Part shown: in pieces, positions 45,842 to 53,245 of the stretch
Layout of the letters: each line of letters opens with the position of its first letter
Position numbering within the stretch: position 1 is the first letter of the stretch
Source of the DNA: Thermoguttaceae bacterium
GTDB taxonomy: Bacteria > Planctomycetota > Planctomycetia > Pirellulales > Thermoguttaceae
NCBI GenBank assembly: GCA_052139835.1
Contig: JBKQVT010000104.1
Span: 323 to 64,322, forward strand
DNA: 64,000 nucleotides
Direction: 5' to 3'
The notes under the pieces: generated by a model
Seen by the model: the letters and a program-made list of their open reading frames with translations, nothing else
Databases searched by the model: none
Told to the model about the DNA's origin: nothing
Made by a program: the position numbers and the translations under genes

Positions 45842-45869
45842 TTGCCGGGCGGCGCAGGCGTGCTATGAT
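45842..45869 (+). promoter_or_regulatory. candidate sigma70-type promoter (TTGCCG-N16-TGcTATGAT) for the APC-USP transporter
   Basis: -35-like TTGCCG 45842-45847 and an extended -10 TGcTATGAT at 45861-45869. This would give a ~245-nt leader. Confidence 0.35.
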
Positions 45870-46120
45870 AGCCGAGTGCAGCCGAATTCCGCGCCGCAAA
45901 AGGGCGCGGGAGCGGGGGAACCAGTTGGCCGAGAGAAATCGGCCAGGGGCGCAGGTCCGTACCGTCCGGACCAGGGTACTTTCATGCCCTAGCCCGACAG
46001 CTAACCTCGCAGGCAGGTCGCGGCGCGGTGCCGCGGCCGGTATGAAAGGGCCTCCACGTCTGGCGGCGCGGCGTTGTGCCCAACCTCCCCTTGCGGCGCT
46101 TCCATCGCGCCGGTCGATCT

Positions 46121-48967
46121 ATGCCCGATCCTCGACAGCCCGGCGGAGCCTTGCAAGGAGCCGTCCAGCGCCTCCGCCGCCCGGTCCAAGTTATCGTCGT
46201 CAGCAGCGTGATGCTGACGTTCATCTCCTACTGGCGCACGGCGGCCATCGTGCTCTGCGACCTGGCCAGCACCGCCTACTATATCGGCGGCATCGTCGAG
46301 GGGGCCATCGGACCGGCCGCCCCCTGGTTCATCCTCGCCGTCATGCTTTTCAGCTACGCCGTCCGCAGCATCTACATCGAAAGCTGCTCGCTCTTCGTCC
46401 GCGGCGGCGTCTATCGCGTGGTCAAGGAGGCTATGGGCGGATTCCTCGCCAAGTTGTCGGTCTCCGCCTTGATGTTCGACTACATCCTCACCGGCCCGAT
46501 CAGCGGCATGTCGGCCGGGCAATATATCATGGGCCTGCTGCTGGACACCCTCTCCACGATCGACCCCGCGCTGAAGCCGTACCTGGCAGGGCCCGGACCC
46601 TTCTTGCGCAACTGGGGCGCGGTCATCATCGCCTGCGCCATCACGCTCTACTTCTTCCGCCAGAACCTGGTCGGCATCCACGAGTCCAGCGGCAAGGCGC
46701 TGAAGATCATGGTGGCCACCACCGTCATGGCCGTCGTGATCCTCGTCTGGTGCGGCGCCACCCTCTTGGTCCGCGGCCCCGTGAACCGTGTCCCCCTGGC
46801 CCCGAACCTTTCGCCGAAGGTCGAGTACCAGGTCGTCGCGGGGACGGATCGCGTCACCGGCGAGCGGCGCGAGGTCTGGCAGCGCGATCCCAAGACCGGC
46901 CGGCTCGTCGAAAAAATGGAAAACGGCCACGCCGTCGCCCGGCTCAACGAGGCCACCGGCAAGCCGGAAGATCCGCTGGGATTCATGCCCAAACTCTTTC
47001 CCACGCTCTCCGCCAAGCTGCGGCAGCCCGGCAACTGGCTGAGCCTGGTGGGCCTGATTGGGATCATGCTGGCCTTCGGCCATTCGATTTTGGCCATGAG
47101 CGGCGAGGAGACCTTGGCCCAGGTCTATCGCGAGGTCGAGTCGCCCAAGCTGCCCAATTTCAAGAAGGCGGCCTTCATCGTCTTCGTCTACAGCGTCGTG
47201 CTCACGGCCGGCGTCTGCTTCCTGGCCGTGCTGTTGATCCCCGATGAAATCCGCATGAAGGACTATTCCGACAATCTCATCGGCGGCCTGGCGATGCACG
47301 TCATCGGCCCGCCGCTGGCCCGGTTGCTGTTGAACGCCTTCGTGGTGCTGGTGGGGTTCCTCATCCTGGCCGGGGCGGTCAATACGGCCATCATCGGCTC
47401 CAACGGCGTGCTCAACCGCGTGGCCGAGGACGGCGTGCTGCCCGACTGGTTTCTGCGGCCGCATCGCCGCTTCGGCACCACCCATCGCGTCCTCTACCTG
47501 ATCGTCGGCCTGCAATTGCTCACCATCCTCCTCAGCCGCGGCAACATGTACGTGCTGGGCGAGGCCTACGCCTTCGGCGTGGTGTGGAGCTTCGTCTTCA
47601 AGGCCCTCGCCATGGTGGTGCTGCGCTTCCGCGACCGCAGCCCCCGCGAGTTCAAGGTGCCGCTGAACATCCGCATCGGCACCGTCGAGTTTCCCATCGG
47701 CCTGATCGCGATCTTCCTCATCCTGCTGGTCACGGCGGCCTTGAACTTCCTCACCAAGGAGGTGGCCTCCATCAGCGGCGTGGCCTTCACCGTGGTCTTC
47801 CTCGCGCTCTTCATGACCTCGGAATATATTCACGAGAAGAAGCGCGGGGCGGCCGCGCACCAACACCTCGAACAGTTCAACGAGACCACGGCGGACGAAA
47901 TCTCGCCCGCCTCGCTCGGCCTGACCAGGCCCTATCGGAAGCTGGTGGCCATCCGCTCCCCGCAAAACCTCTTCATGCTGGAAAAGACCCTCGCCGAGAC
48001 CGACCCGGAAACCACCGAGGTCGTGGTGATGACGGCCAAGTGGATTCCGCCGGGCGGCGGGCTGCCCCACGCCCAAGGGTTCGATCGCTACGATCAGCAG
48101 TTGATGACGGCCGTGGTCACGCTGGCCGAGAAGGCCGGCAAGGAGGCCACGCCCCTGATCCTGCCCACCAACAACCCCCTCTACGCCATCGTCAACACGG
48201 CCGCCACGCTCCAGGCCCAGGAACTCATCCTGGGGGCCTCGAATCAATACTCGCCCGACGAACAACTCGAGCAGATCGCCTTCTATTGGATCAACGTGCA
48301 CCAGGGTGTCATGGAGCCGCTCACCGTGCGGATCCTCAGCCGCAACCGCGACGTGTATCTCGACCTGGGCGGGGGCAATCGCATCCCCAAGATCAGCGAG
48401 CGCCAGGCCCGCAGCGTCGCTGAACTCCGCTCCGCCGGCGTCGGCATCAGCCATGCCATGCTGGTCCACGCCGATACCCCGGAGAGCAGCGACCTCTTCA
48501 AGGCGGTGCTCACGATGATCGACCCGCAGGTTGCCCTGACCGTGGTGCCGGTGCCGCTGGCCGCAGAGGCCGGCGCGGGCGAGCCACCGCCGGCCGCGGC
48601 GGATGGGGGACTGTCCCAATTTTCGGGCACGGACGCGAAGCGTCGGCCCGAAAATGGGACTGTCCCCTTTGGTGGACACAACGAAAGCTGGGTGCAGAAG
48701 GACATCGAGCGCGCGAAGCAGTTGCGGCGCGAAGTGGCCGTCGCGGAGTTGCCCTTGGGCGCGGCCGCCGAAGAACTCGTCCGCCTGGCCGCCGAGCAGG
48801 ACTGCGACGTGCTGATCATCGGCCTGCCCTCGCAGTCATCGCCCCAGGAAGGCGCCCCGTTGGACACCGACTACATTGTCCGCCACGCTTCCTGCTGGGT
48901 CTGTCTGGTGTCCTGGCCGCTGATCCCGCAGGACGCCGAGGTGGAGCCTGCAAAGACAGGGATTTAG
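46121..48967 (+). CDS. APC-superfamily permease fused to C-terminal universal-stress-protein (USP)-like domains
   Basis: ATG 46121. About 12 TM APC-like core (FISYWRTAAIVLCDLASTAYYIGG..., GGVYRVVKEAMG). Cytoplasmic tail with USP-like blocks (KLVAIRSPQNLFMLEKT...VVVMTAK; ELVRLAAEQDCDVLIIGLP...IVRHASCWVCLV). Confidence 0.8.
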   Translation: MPDPRQPGGALQGAVQRLRRPVQVIVVSSVMLTFISYWRTAAIVLCDLASTAYYIGGIVEGAIGPAAPWFILAVMLFSYAVRSIYIESCSLFVRGGVYRVVKEAMGGFLAKLSVSALMFDYILTGPISGMSAGQYIMGLLLDTLSTIDPALKPYLAGPGPFLRNWGAVIIACAITLYFFRQNLVGIHESSGKALKIMVATTVMAVVILVWCGATLLVRGPVNRVPLAPNLSPKVEYQVVAGTDRVTGERREVWQRDPKTGRLVEKMENGHAVARLNEATGKPEDPLGFMPKLFPTLSAKLRQPGNWLSLVGLIGIMLAFGHSILAMSGEETLAQVYREVESPKLPNFKKAAFIVFVYSVVLTAGVCFLAVLLIPDEIRMKDYSDNLIGGLAMHVIGPPLARLLLNAFVVLVGFLILAGAVNTAIIGSNGVLNRVAEDGVLPDWFLRPHRRFGTTHRVLYLIVGLQLLTILLSRGNMYVLGEAYAFGVVWSFVFKALAMVVLRFRDRSPREFKVPLNIRIGTVEFPIGLIAIFLILLVTAALNFLTKEVASISGVAFTVVFLALFMTSEYIHEKKRGAAAHQHLEQFNETTADEISPASLGLTRPYRKLVAIRSPQNLFMLEKTLAETDPETTEVVVMTAKWIPPGGGLPHAQGFDRYDQQLMTAVVTLAEKAGKEATPLILPTNNPLYAIVNTAATLQAQELILGASNQYSPDEQLEQIAFYWINVHQGVMEPLTVRILSRNRDVYLDLGGGNRIPKISERQARSVAELRSAGVGISHAMLVHADTPESSDLFKAVLTMIDPQVALTVVPVPLAAEAGAGEPPPAAADGGLSQFSGTDAKRRPENGTVPFGGHNESWVQKDIERAKQLRREVAVAELPLGAAAEELVRLAAEQDCDVLIIGLPSQSSPQEGAPLDTDYIVRHASCWVCLVSWPLIPQDAEVEPAKTGI
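48606..48668 (+). repeat. REP-like palindromic element embedded in frame inside the APC-USP CDS
   Basis: GGGACTGTCCC at both ends (48607-48617, 48655-48665). Inverted TTTTCGGGC / GCCCGAAAA arms and a central GACGC-GAA-GCGTC. 63 nt equals 21 codons. Confidence 0.75.
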
Positions 48968-49050
48968 GGATTTGGGGATTTCGGGATTTGGGGATTTAGG
49001 GGACAGCGAGCCGGGGGGTTTATCCCCCCGGGTTCGTTGCGCCGCCGCGG
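48959..49050 (+). repeat. composite element: (GGGATTTN)x5.5 array plus 26-nt hairpin core plus GC tail
   Basis: gggattta gggatttg gggatttc gggatttg gggattta gggg, then GCGAGCCGGGGGGTTTATCCCCCCGG (49006-49031) and ttcgttgcgccgccgc. The transporter TAG stop (48965-48967) lies in unit 1. Confidence 0.9.
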
Positions 49051-49108
49051 ATTCCGCATGCTTTTCTGCTTCGCGTCCGCGGTGAGCTTCTCGTTCTGCC
49101 CCGCCGGG

Positions 49109-49117
49109 TGATATACT
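49109..49117 (+). promoter_or_regulatory. candidate extended -10 (TGaTATACT) for the LRR protein gene
   Basis: Read directly 41 nt upstream of ATG 49158. No convincing -35. Confidence 0.25.
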
Positions 49118-49157
49118 GTCAACTGGCGACTTGCTCTCTTGGTCCGCGTGGTGACGC

Positions 49158-50729
49158 ATGGCCGACGCTCGTAAGCTCCGCTGGTATCGCTTCACGCCGG
49201 ATCGGGCCGTCGTCGCGATGCTGGCGCTGGAAGGCTTCCTGCTGCTGTCGGCGTGGTTTCGCTGGTTCCCCTTCAACCGGCACAAGGGCTGGACGGTGCT
49301 GATCGCGGTGGCAAGTGTCGGCGTGTTCTTCGTGCTGATGTTCCTTTGGTTCCTCGCCGCCCTGGTCTTTCGGCTGCGGTTCCAGTTCAGCATCCTCGCG
49401 CTGCTTTTGTTGGTCGTGGTCGTTGCGGTCCCGTTCAATTGGCTGGAGACGGAGATGAAGGCGGCGAGGAAGCAGGAGGAGGCGGTGGCGGGGATAAGGG
49501 ACGCGGGGGGGGCTTTGTTCTATGATTACGAGGTTGACGGGCCCGGCGGAGGCCGCCCAGGTGCAAAGCCCTCAGGACCGGCGTGGCTGCGGAATCTGTT
49601 CGGAATTGATTTCTTTGCAGCGGCTGATTCGGTCTACCTCTGCGACGCCGCAGTCACGGATGCCGGCCTGGAACACCTCAAAGGGCTGCACCAACTCCGG
49701 AAGCTCGAACTCGGCAGCAGCGGACTTACCGACGCCAGGCTGGGACGCATCGCGGGGCTGACGCAACTCCAAACTCTGGGCATCGGCGCGACGAGCGTCA
49801 CGGATGCGGGGATGAAGCATCTTAAGGGATTGACCCAACTCCAGGATCTGAGCCTCTGCTGGAACGAAATCGGCGACGCTGGGTTGGAAGGCATCAAGGT
49901 GTTGACACGACTCCGGCACCTCAAACTCGGCGGCACGAAGATAACCGACGCAGGGCTGGCGCGACTCAGCGGACTGACGCAACTTCGAGACCTGAGCCTC
50001 GTCCGCACCAAGGTCAGCGACGCCGGGATGGAACACCTCAAAGGGCTGACCCAACTCCAGTCACTGGACCTGAGCTACACCAAGGTCAGCGACACCGGGC
50101 TGCAACACCTCAAGGGATTGACCCAGCTCCGAGAGCTTTTGGCGGTCCGGACCACGGTCAGCGACGCCGGGCTGCGACACCTTGAGGGATTGAGCCAACT
50201 CCAAAGGCTGGACCTCTGCCGCACCAGGGTGCGCGACGCCGGACTGCAACACCTCAGAGGCCTGACCCAACTCCAATCGCTCAACCTTGGTGGCACCAGG
50301 GTCAGTGGCGCCGGGCTGGAACACCTCAACAAATTGCCCCAGCTCCAATCGCTCAACCTTGACGAAACCAGGGTCACTGGCGCCGGGCTGGAACACCTCA
50401 ACAAATTGCCCCACCTCCAAGAGCTGAGCCTCAGCGGCCCGAAGGTCAGCGATGCCGGCTTGGAGCACCTCGAGGGATTGAACCAACTCCAAACGCTCGA
50501 TCTAAGTTTTTGCGCCAACGTCGGCGACGCCGGGCTGGAACACCTCAAAGGATTGACTCAACTCCAATATCTCAACCTCGACTACAGCAGGGTGAGCGAC
50601 GCCGGGCTGGAGCACCTCAAAGGACTGAGTCAACTCCAGTCGCTCCATCTCCAGGCGTGCACCAGCGTCACCGACGCAGGCGTGCAAAAACTCAAAAAGG
50701 CATTGCCGGGCTGCCACGTCCTGCGCTGA
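49158..50729 (+). CDS. membrane-anchored leucine-rich-repeat (RNI-like LRR) protein
   Basis: N-terminal TM helices, then about 14 tandem 24-25-aa units LxHLKGLTQLQxLxLxxTxVSDAGL. Confidence 0.85.
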   Translation: MADARKLRWYRFTPDRAVVAMLALEGFLLLSAWFRWFPFNRHKGWTVLIAVASVGVFFVLMFLWFLAALVFRLRFQFSILALLLLVVVVAVPFNWLETEMKAARKQEEAVAGIRDAGGALFYDYEVDGPGGGRPGAKPSGPAWLRNLFGIDFFAAADSVYLCDAAVTDAGLEHLKGLHQLRKLELGSSGLTDARLGRIAGLTQLQTLGIGATSVTDAGMKHLKGLTQLQDLSLCWNEIGDAGLEGIKVLTRLRHLKLGGTKITDAGLARLSGLTQLRDLSLVRTKVSDAGMEHLKGLTQLQSLDLSYTKVSDTGLQHLKGLTQLRELLAVRTTVSDAGLRHLEGLSQLQRLDLCRTRVRDAGLQHLRGLTQLQSLNLGGTRVSGAGLEHLNKLPQLQSLNLDETRVTGAGLEHLNKLPHLQELSLSGPKVSDAGLEHLEGLNQLQTLDLSFCANVGDAGLEHLKGLTQLQYLNLDYSRVSDAGLEHLKGLSQLQSLHLQACTSVTDAGVQKLKKALPGCHVLR

Positions 50730-50824
50730 CATCGCCGATCCGACAATCCCCGCCTTCGGGCACCGCGTCGAGTCGTCGGTCCCGGACCGAGATTGCCCGA
50801 ATTCCGTTGAGCCTTCGCTGGGGC

Positions 50825-50858
50825 GCCCTCACCCTGCCCTCTCCCGGAGGGAGAGGGG
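50825..50858. repeat. REP element GCCCTCACCC-N-CCCTCTCCC-GGA-GGGAGAGGG, probable bidirectional terminator
   Basis: 9-bp stem and 3-nt loop at 50837-50857, between the convergent LRR gene (stop 50729) and malic enzyme gene (stop 50868). Same family as 57451-57540. Confidence 0.75.
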
Positions 50859-50867
50859 ACCGCGGGC

Positions 50868-52301
50868 TCACGGCGAAATGTGGAACGACGGCTTGTGCTC
50901 CCGACGTGCGACCCCGGCCTCGACCGCCGCGTGCGATACCGCCTTCGCCACCGCAATCGCCACGCGACGGTCGAAGACGCTGGGGACGATGTAGTCGGGC
51001 GTGAGGTCCCCCTGGGCAATCACGCCCGCAATCGCACCGGCGGCGGCGATCTTCATGGCGTCGACCACCCGGCAGGCCCGCACGTCCAACATGCCGCGAA
51101 AGAAGCCGGGAAAACAGAGCACGTTGTTGATCTGGTTCGGATAATCCGAGCGCCCGGTCGCCACCACCGCCGCGTACGGCACGGCCAGGTCCGGATCGAT
51201 CTCGGGATCGGGGTTCGCCAGGGCGAAGACGATGGGCCGCGGGGCCATTTTCTTCAGGTCCTCGACGCCCAAGACGTCCGCCGCCGAGACGCCGATGAAG
51301 ACATCGGCGCCGGCGATCACGTCAGCCAGGCTGCCCCGCAGCCGCTCGGGATTGGTGTTCTCGGCCAGCCACTGTTTCACCGGGTTATCGGCGTAATCGT
51401 TGCCGCGCACGAGCGCCCCGGCGCGGTCGCAGAGCACGATGCGCGCGGCGCCCGCCGAGGCCAGCAGCTTGGCGATGGCCGTGCCGGCCGCTCCCGCCCC
51501 CGAGATGACCACACGCAGGTCCGGCAGCTTCTTCTCGACCAGTTTCAGGGCGTTTTCGAGGGCGGCCATCACGACGATGGCCGTGCCGTGCTGGTCGTCG
51601 TGAAAGACCGGGATATCAAGCCGGCCGCTCAGCTCCTCCTCGATGGCCATGCAGCGCGGGGCGGAGATGTCCTCCAGGTTGATGCCGCCGAAGGTCGGCG
51701 CCAGGCGGACGCAGGTCTCGACGATCTCGCCGGCGTCCTGGGTGCCGAGGCAGATGGGAAAGGCGTCCACGCCGCCGAATTCCTTGAACAGCACGGCCTT
51801 GCCCTCCATCACCGGCAGGGCGGCCAGGGGGCCGATGTTGCCCAGGCCCAGGACCGCCGAGCCGTCGCTCACCACGGCGACGGTGTTGTGGCGGATGGTC
51901 AGGGCGAAGGCGGCCTCCGGCTCGGCGTGGATCGAGCGGCAAATCCGCGCCACCCCCGGCGTATAGACCATCGAGAGGTCGTCGCGGGTGACCACGGGCG
52001 TGATCGGGTTGATTTCGATCTTGCCGCCGAGGTGGAGGAGAAACGTGCGGTCGGATACCCGCAGCACCCGCACCCCTTCGATGGCCCGGACGCACTGCAC
52101 GATCCGCTGCTCGTGCTCCAGGTCGCGGGCGCTGACGGTGATGTCGCGGGTGATGTTGCCCTCTTGGACTTCGACCACGTCGACGGCGCCGATGAAGCCG
52201 TCGGCCGCGCCGATGGCCGAGGTGATGCGGCCCAACTGGCCGGGGCGGTCGGCGTATCGCAGCCGCAGAACGGTGCTGTAGGAGGGGCTTTGGCGTTTCA
52301 T
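50868..52301 (-). CDS. NAD(P)-dependent malic enzyme with N-terminal ACT domain
   Basis: ACT-like VLRLRYADRPGQLGRITSAIGAADGFIGAVDV. Malic enzyme core VYTPGVARIC...VVSDGSAVLGLGNIGPLAALPVMEGKAVLFKEFGGVDAFPI. Rossmann VISGAGAAGTAIAKLL. ATG 52301 preferred over TTG 52313. Confidence 0.9.
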   Translation of the reverse strand: MKRQSPSYSTVLRLRYADRPGQLGRITSAIGAADGFIGAVDVVEVQEGNITRDITVSARDLEHEQRIVQCVRAIEGVRVLRVSDRTFLLHLGGKIEINPITPVVTRDDLSMVYTPGVARICRSIHAEPEAAFALTIRHNTVAVVSDGSAVLGLGNIGPLAALPVMEGKAVLFKEFGGVDAFPICLGTQDAGEIVETCVRLAPTFGGINLEDISAPRCMAIEEELSGRLDIPVFHDDQHGTAIVVMAALENALKLVEKKLPDLRVVISGAGAAGTAIAKLLASAGAARIVLCDRAGALVRGNDYADNPVKQWLAENTNPERLRGSLADVIAGADVFIGVSAADVLGVEDLKKMAPRPIVFALANPDPEIDPDLAVPYAAVVATGRSDYPNQINNVLCFPGFFRGMLDVRACRVVDAMKIAAAGAIAGVIAQGDLTPDYIVPSVFDRRVAIAVAKAVSHAAVEAGVARREHKPSFHISP

Positions 52302-52313
52302 GGGAGGAACCAA

Positions 52314-52394
52314 GGAGTTAGAAGTTAGGAGTTAGAAGCGTTGAGCGGACGGCCGTCGATGCTTCCGACTTCTAACTCCTAACTCCTAACTCCT
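52314..52394 (-). repeat. octamer-array hairpin, (GGAGTTAG)n arms, between sdhB and the malic enzyme gene
   Basis: 52314-52338 and 52370-52394 are complementary at 24/25 positions. The loop carries its own GACGG/CCGTC mini-palindrome. Confidence 0.9.
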
Positions 52395-52408
52395 TTCTTC
52401 TTTCTCCT

Positions 52409-53245
52409 TCATCCATCCAGCCAGCGGCGCAGGACGTGCCGCGTGGCGGCGCGGCCCTGGCGGGCAATCGCCGTCGTCAGGGGGATCTCCTTCGGGCAGA
52501 CCTGCGCGCAGTTCTGCGCATAGCTGCACGTCTCGATCCCCCCTTCGCCCACCAGCACGTCCAACCGCTGCGGGGCCAGCATCTTTCCGATCGGGTTCAA
52601 ATTGAACAACTCCGCCTGGCCGATGGCGAAGGCGCCGACGTAGCCGCGGGCCTCGGCCGCGCGGCGGCGGGCGTCGTACTGCTCCGGGGTCTCGTCGCGG
52701 CGATAGGCCGCCTCGATCTTGAGGAACTGCGGACAAGCCTCCAGGCAGCAGCCGCAGACGATGCACTTGCTCAGCACATAGGCCGTCTCCTGGTCCGGCA
52801 TCGACTGCCGCGGGCCCGAGCCCATGTCCAGGTAGCTATCCACCGGCACCCAGGCCTGGATCCGCTCCAGGGCGGCGAACATCCGGTCGCGGTCGACCAC
52901 CAGGTCGCGGAGCACGGGAAACTTGGTCATCGGCCGCAGCTCGATCTGGCCCGGCCGCTCGGCCAGCAGGGCGTCGACCAGGGCCGTACACGCCTGGCGG
53001 ACGCGGCCGTTGACCAGCATCGTGCAGGCCCCGCAGACCTCTTCCAGGCAATTGCACTCCCAGGCGATGGGGGCGACCTTGCGGCCGTCGGCGGTCACGC
53101 CCGCGGTGGCGATCTTCTCCAGGACGCTGATGCAGTTCATGTACGGTTCCCAGGGGACCTCGAACTGCTGCCAATAGGGCTGCTTCGCCGGCGCGTCCTG
53201 CCGCAGCACGCGGACCGAAAACGTCTTGGAAGGGGATTGGCTCAT
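52409..53245 (-). CDS. sdhB: succinate dehydrogenase/fumarate reductase iron-sulfur subunit
   Basis: MSQSPSKTF... with WECNCLEEVCGAC ([2Fe-2S]), CIVCGCCLEACP and CAQVCP cluster motifs. ATG 53245 overlaps the sdhA stop (ATGA). Confidence 0.9.
   Translation of the reverse strand: MSQSPSKTFSVRVLRQDAPAKQPYWQQFEVPWEPYMNCISVLEKIATAGVTADGRKVAPIAWECNCLEEVCGACTMLVNGRVRQACTALVDALLAERPGQIELRPMTKFPVLRDLVVDRDRMFAALERIQAWVPVDSYLDMGSGPRQSMPDQETAYVLSKCIVCGCCLEACPQFLKIEAAYRRDETPEQYDARRRAAEARGYVGAFAIGQAELFNLNPIGKMLAPQRLDVLVGEGGIETCSYAQNCAQVCPKEIPLTTAIARQGRAATRHVLRRWLDG

Noticed and set aside
45865-45992. Small ORFs in the transporter leader (for example 45801..45992, 63 aa) as leader peptides
   Set aside because: There is no SD, the composition is Arg/Gly/Pro-rich, and the ORF boundaries coincide with hairpins. 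A structured non-coding leader is more parsimonious.
48959-49003. TTTAGGG/TTAGGG-like tandem repeats as telomere sequence or a CRISPR array (also 59235-59262, 62502-62529, 63268-63300)
   Set aside because: The arrays are only 3-6 units long, internal to a gene-dense bacterial segment and lack spacers. The 8-nt unit is far too short for CRISPR repeats, and there are no cas genes or linear-replicon features. I treat them as short tandem repeat elements.
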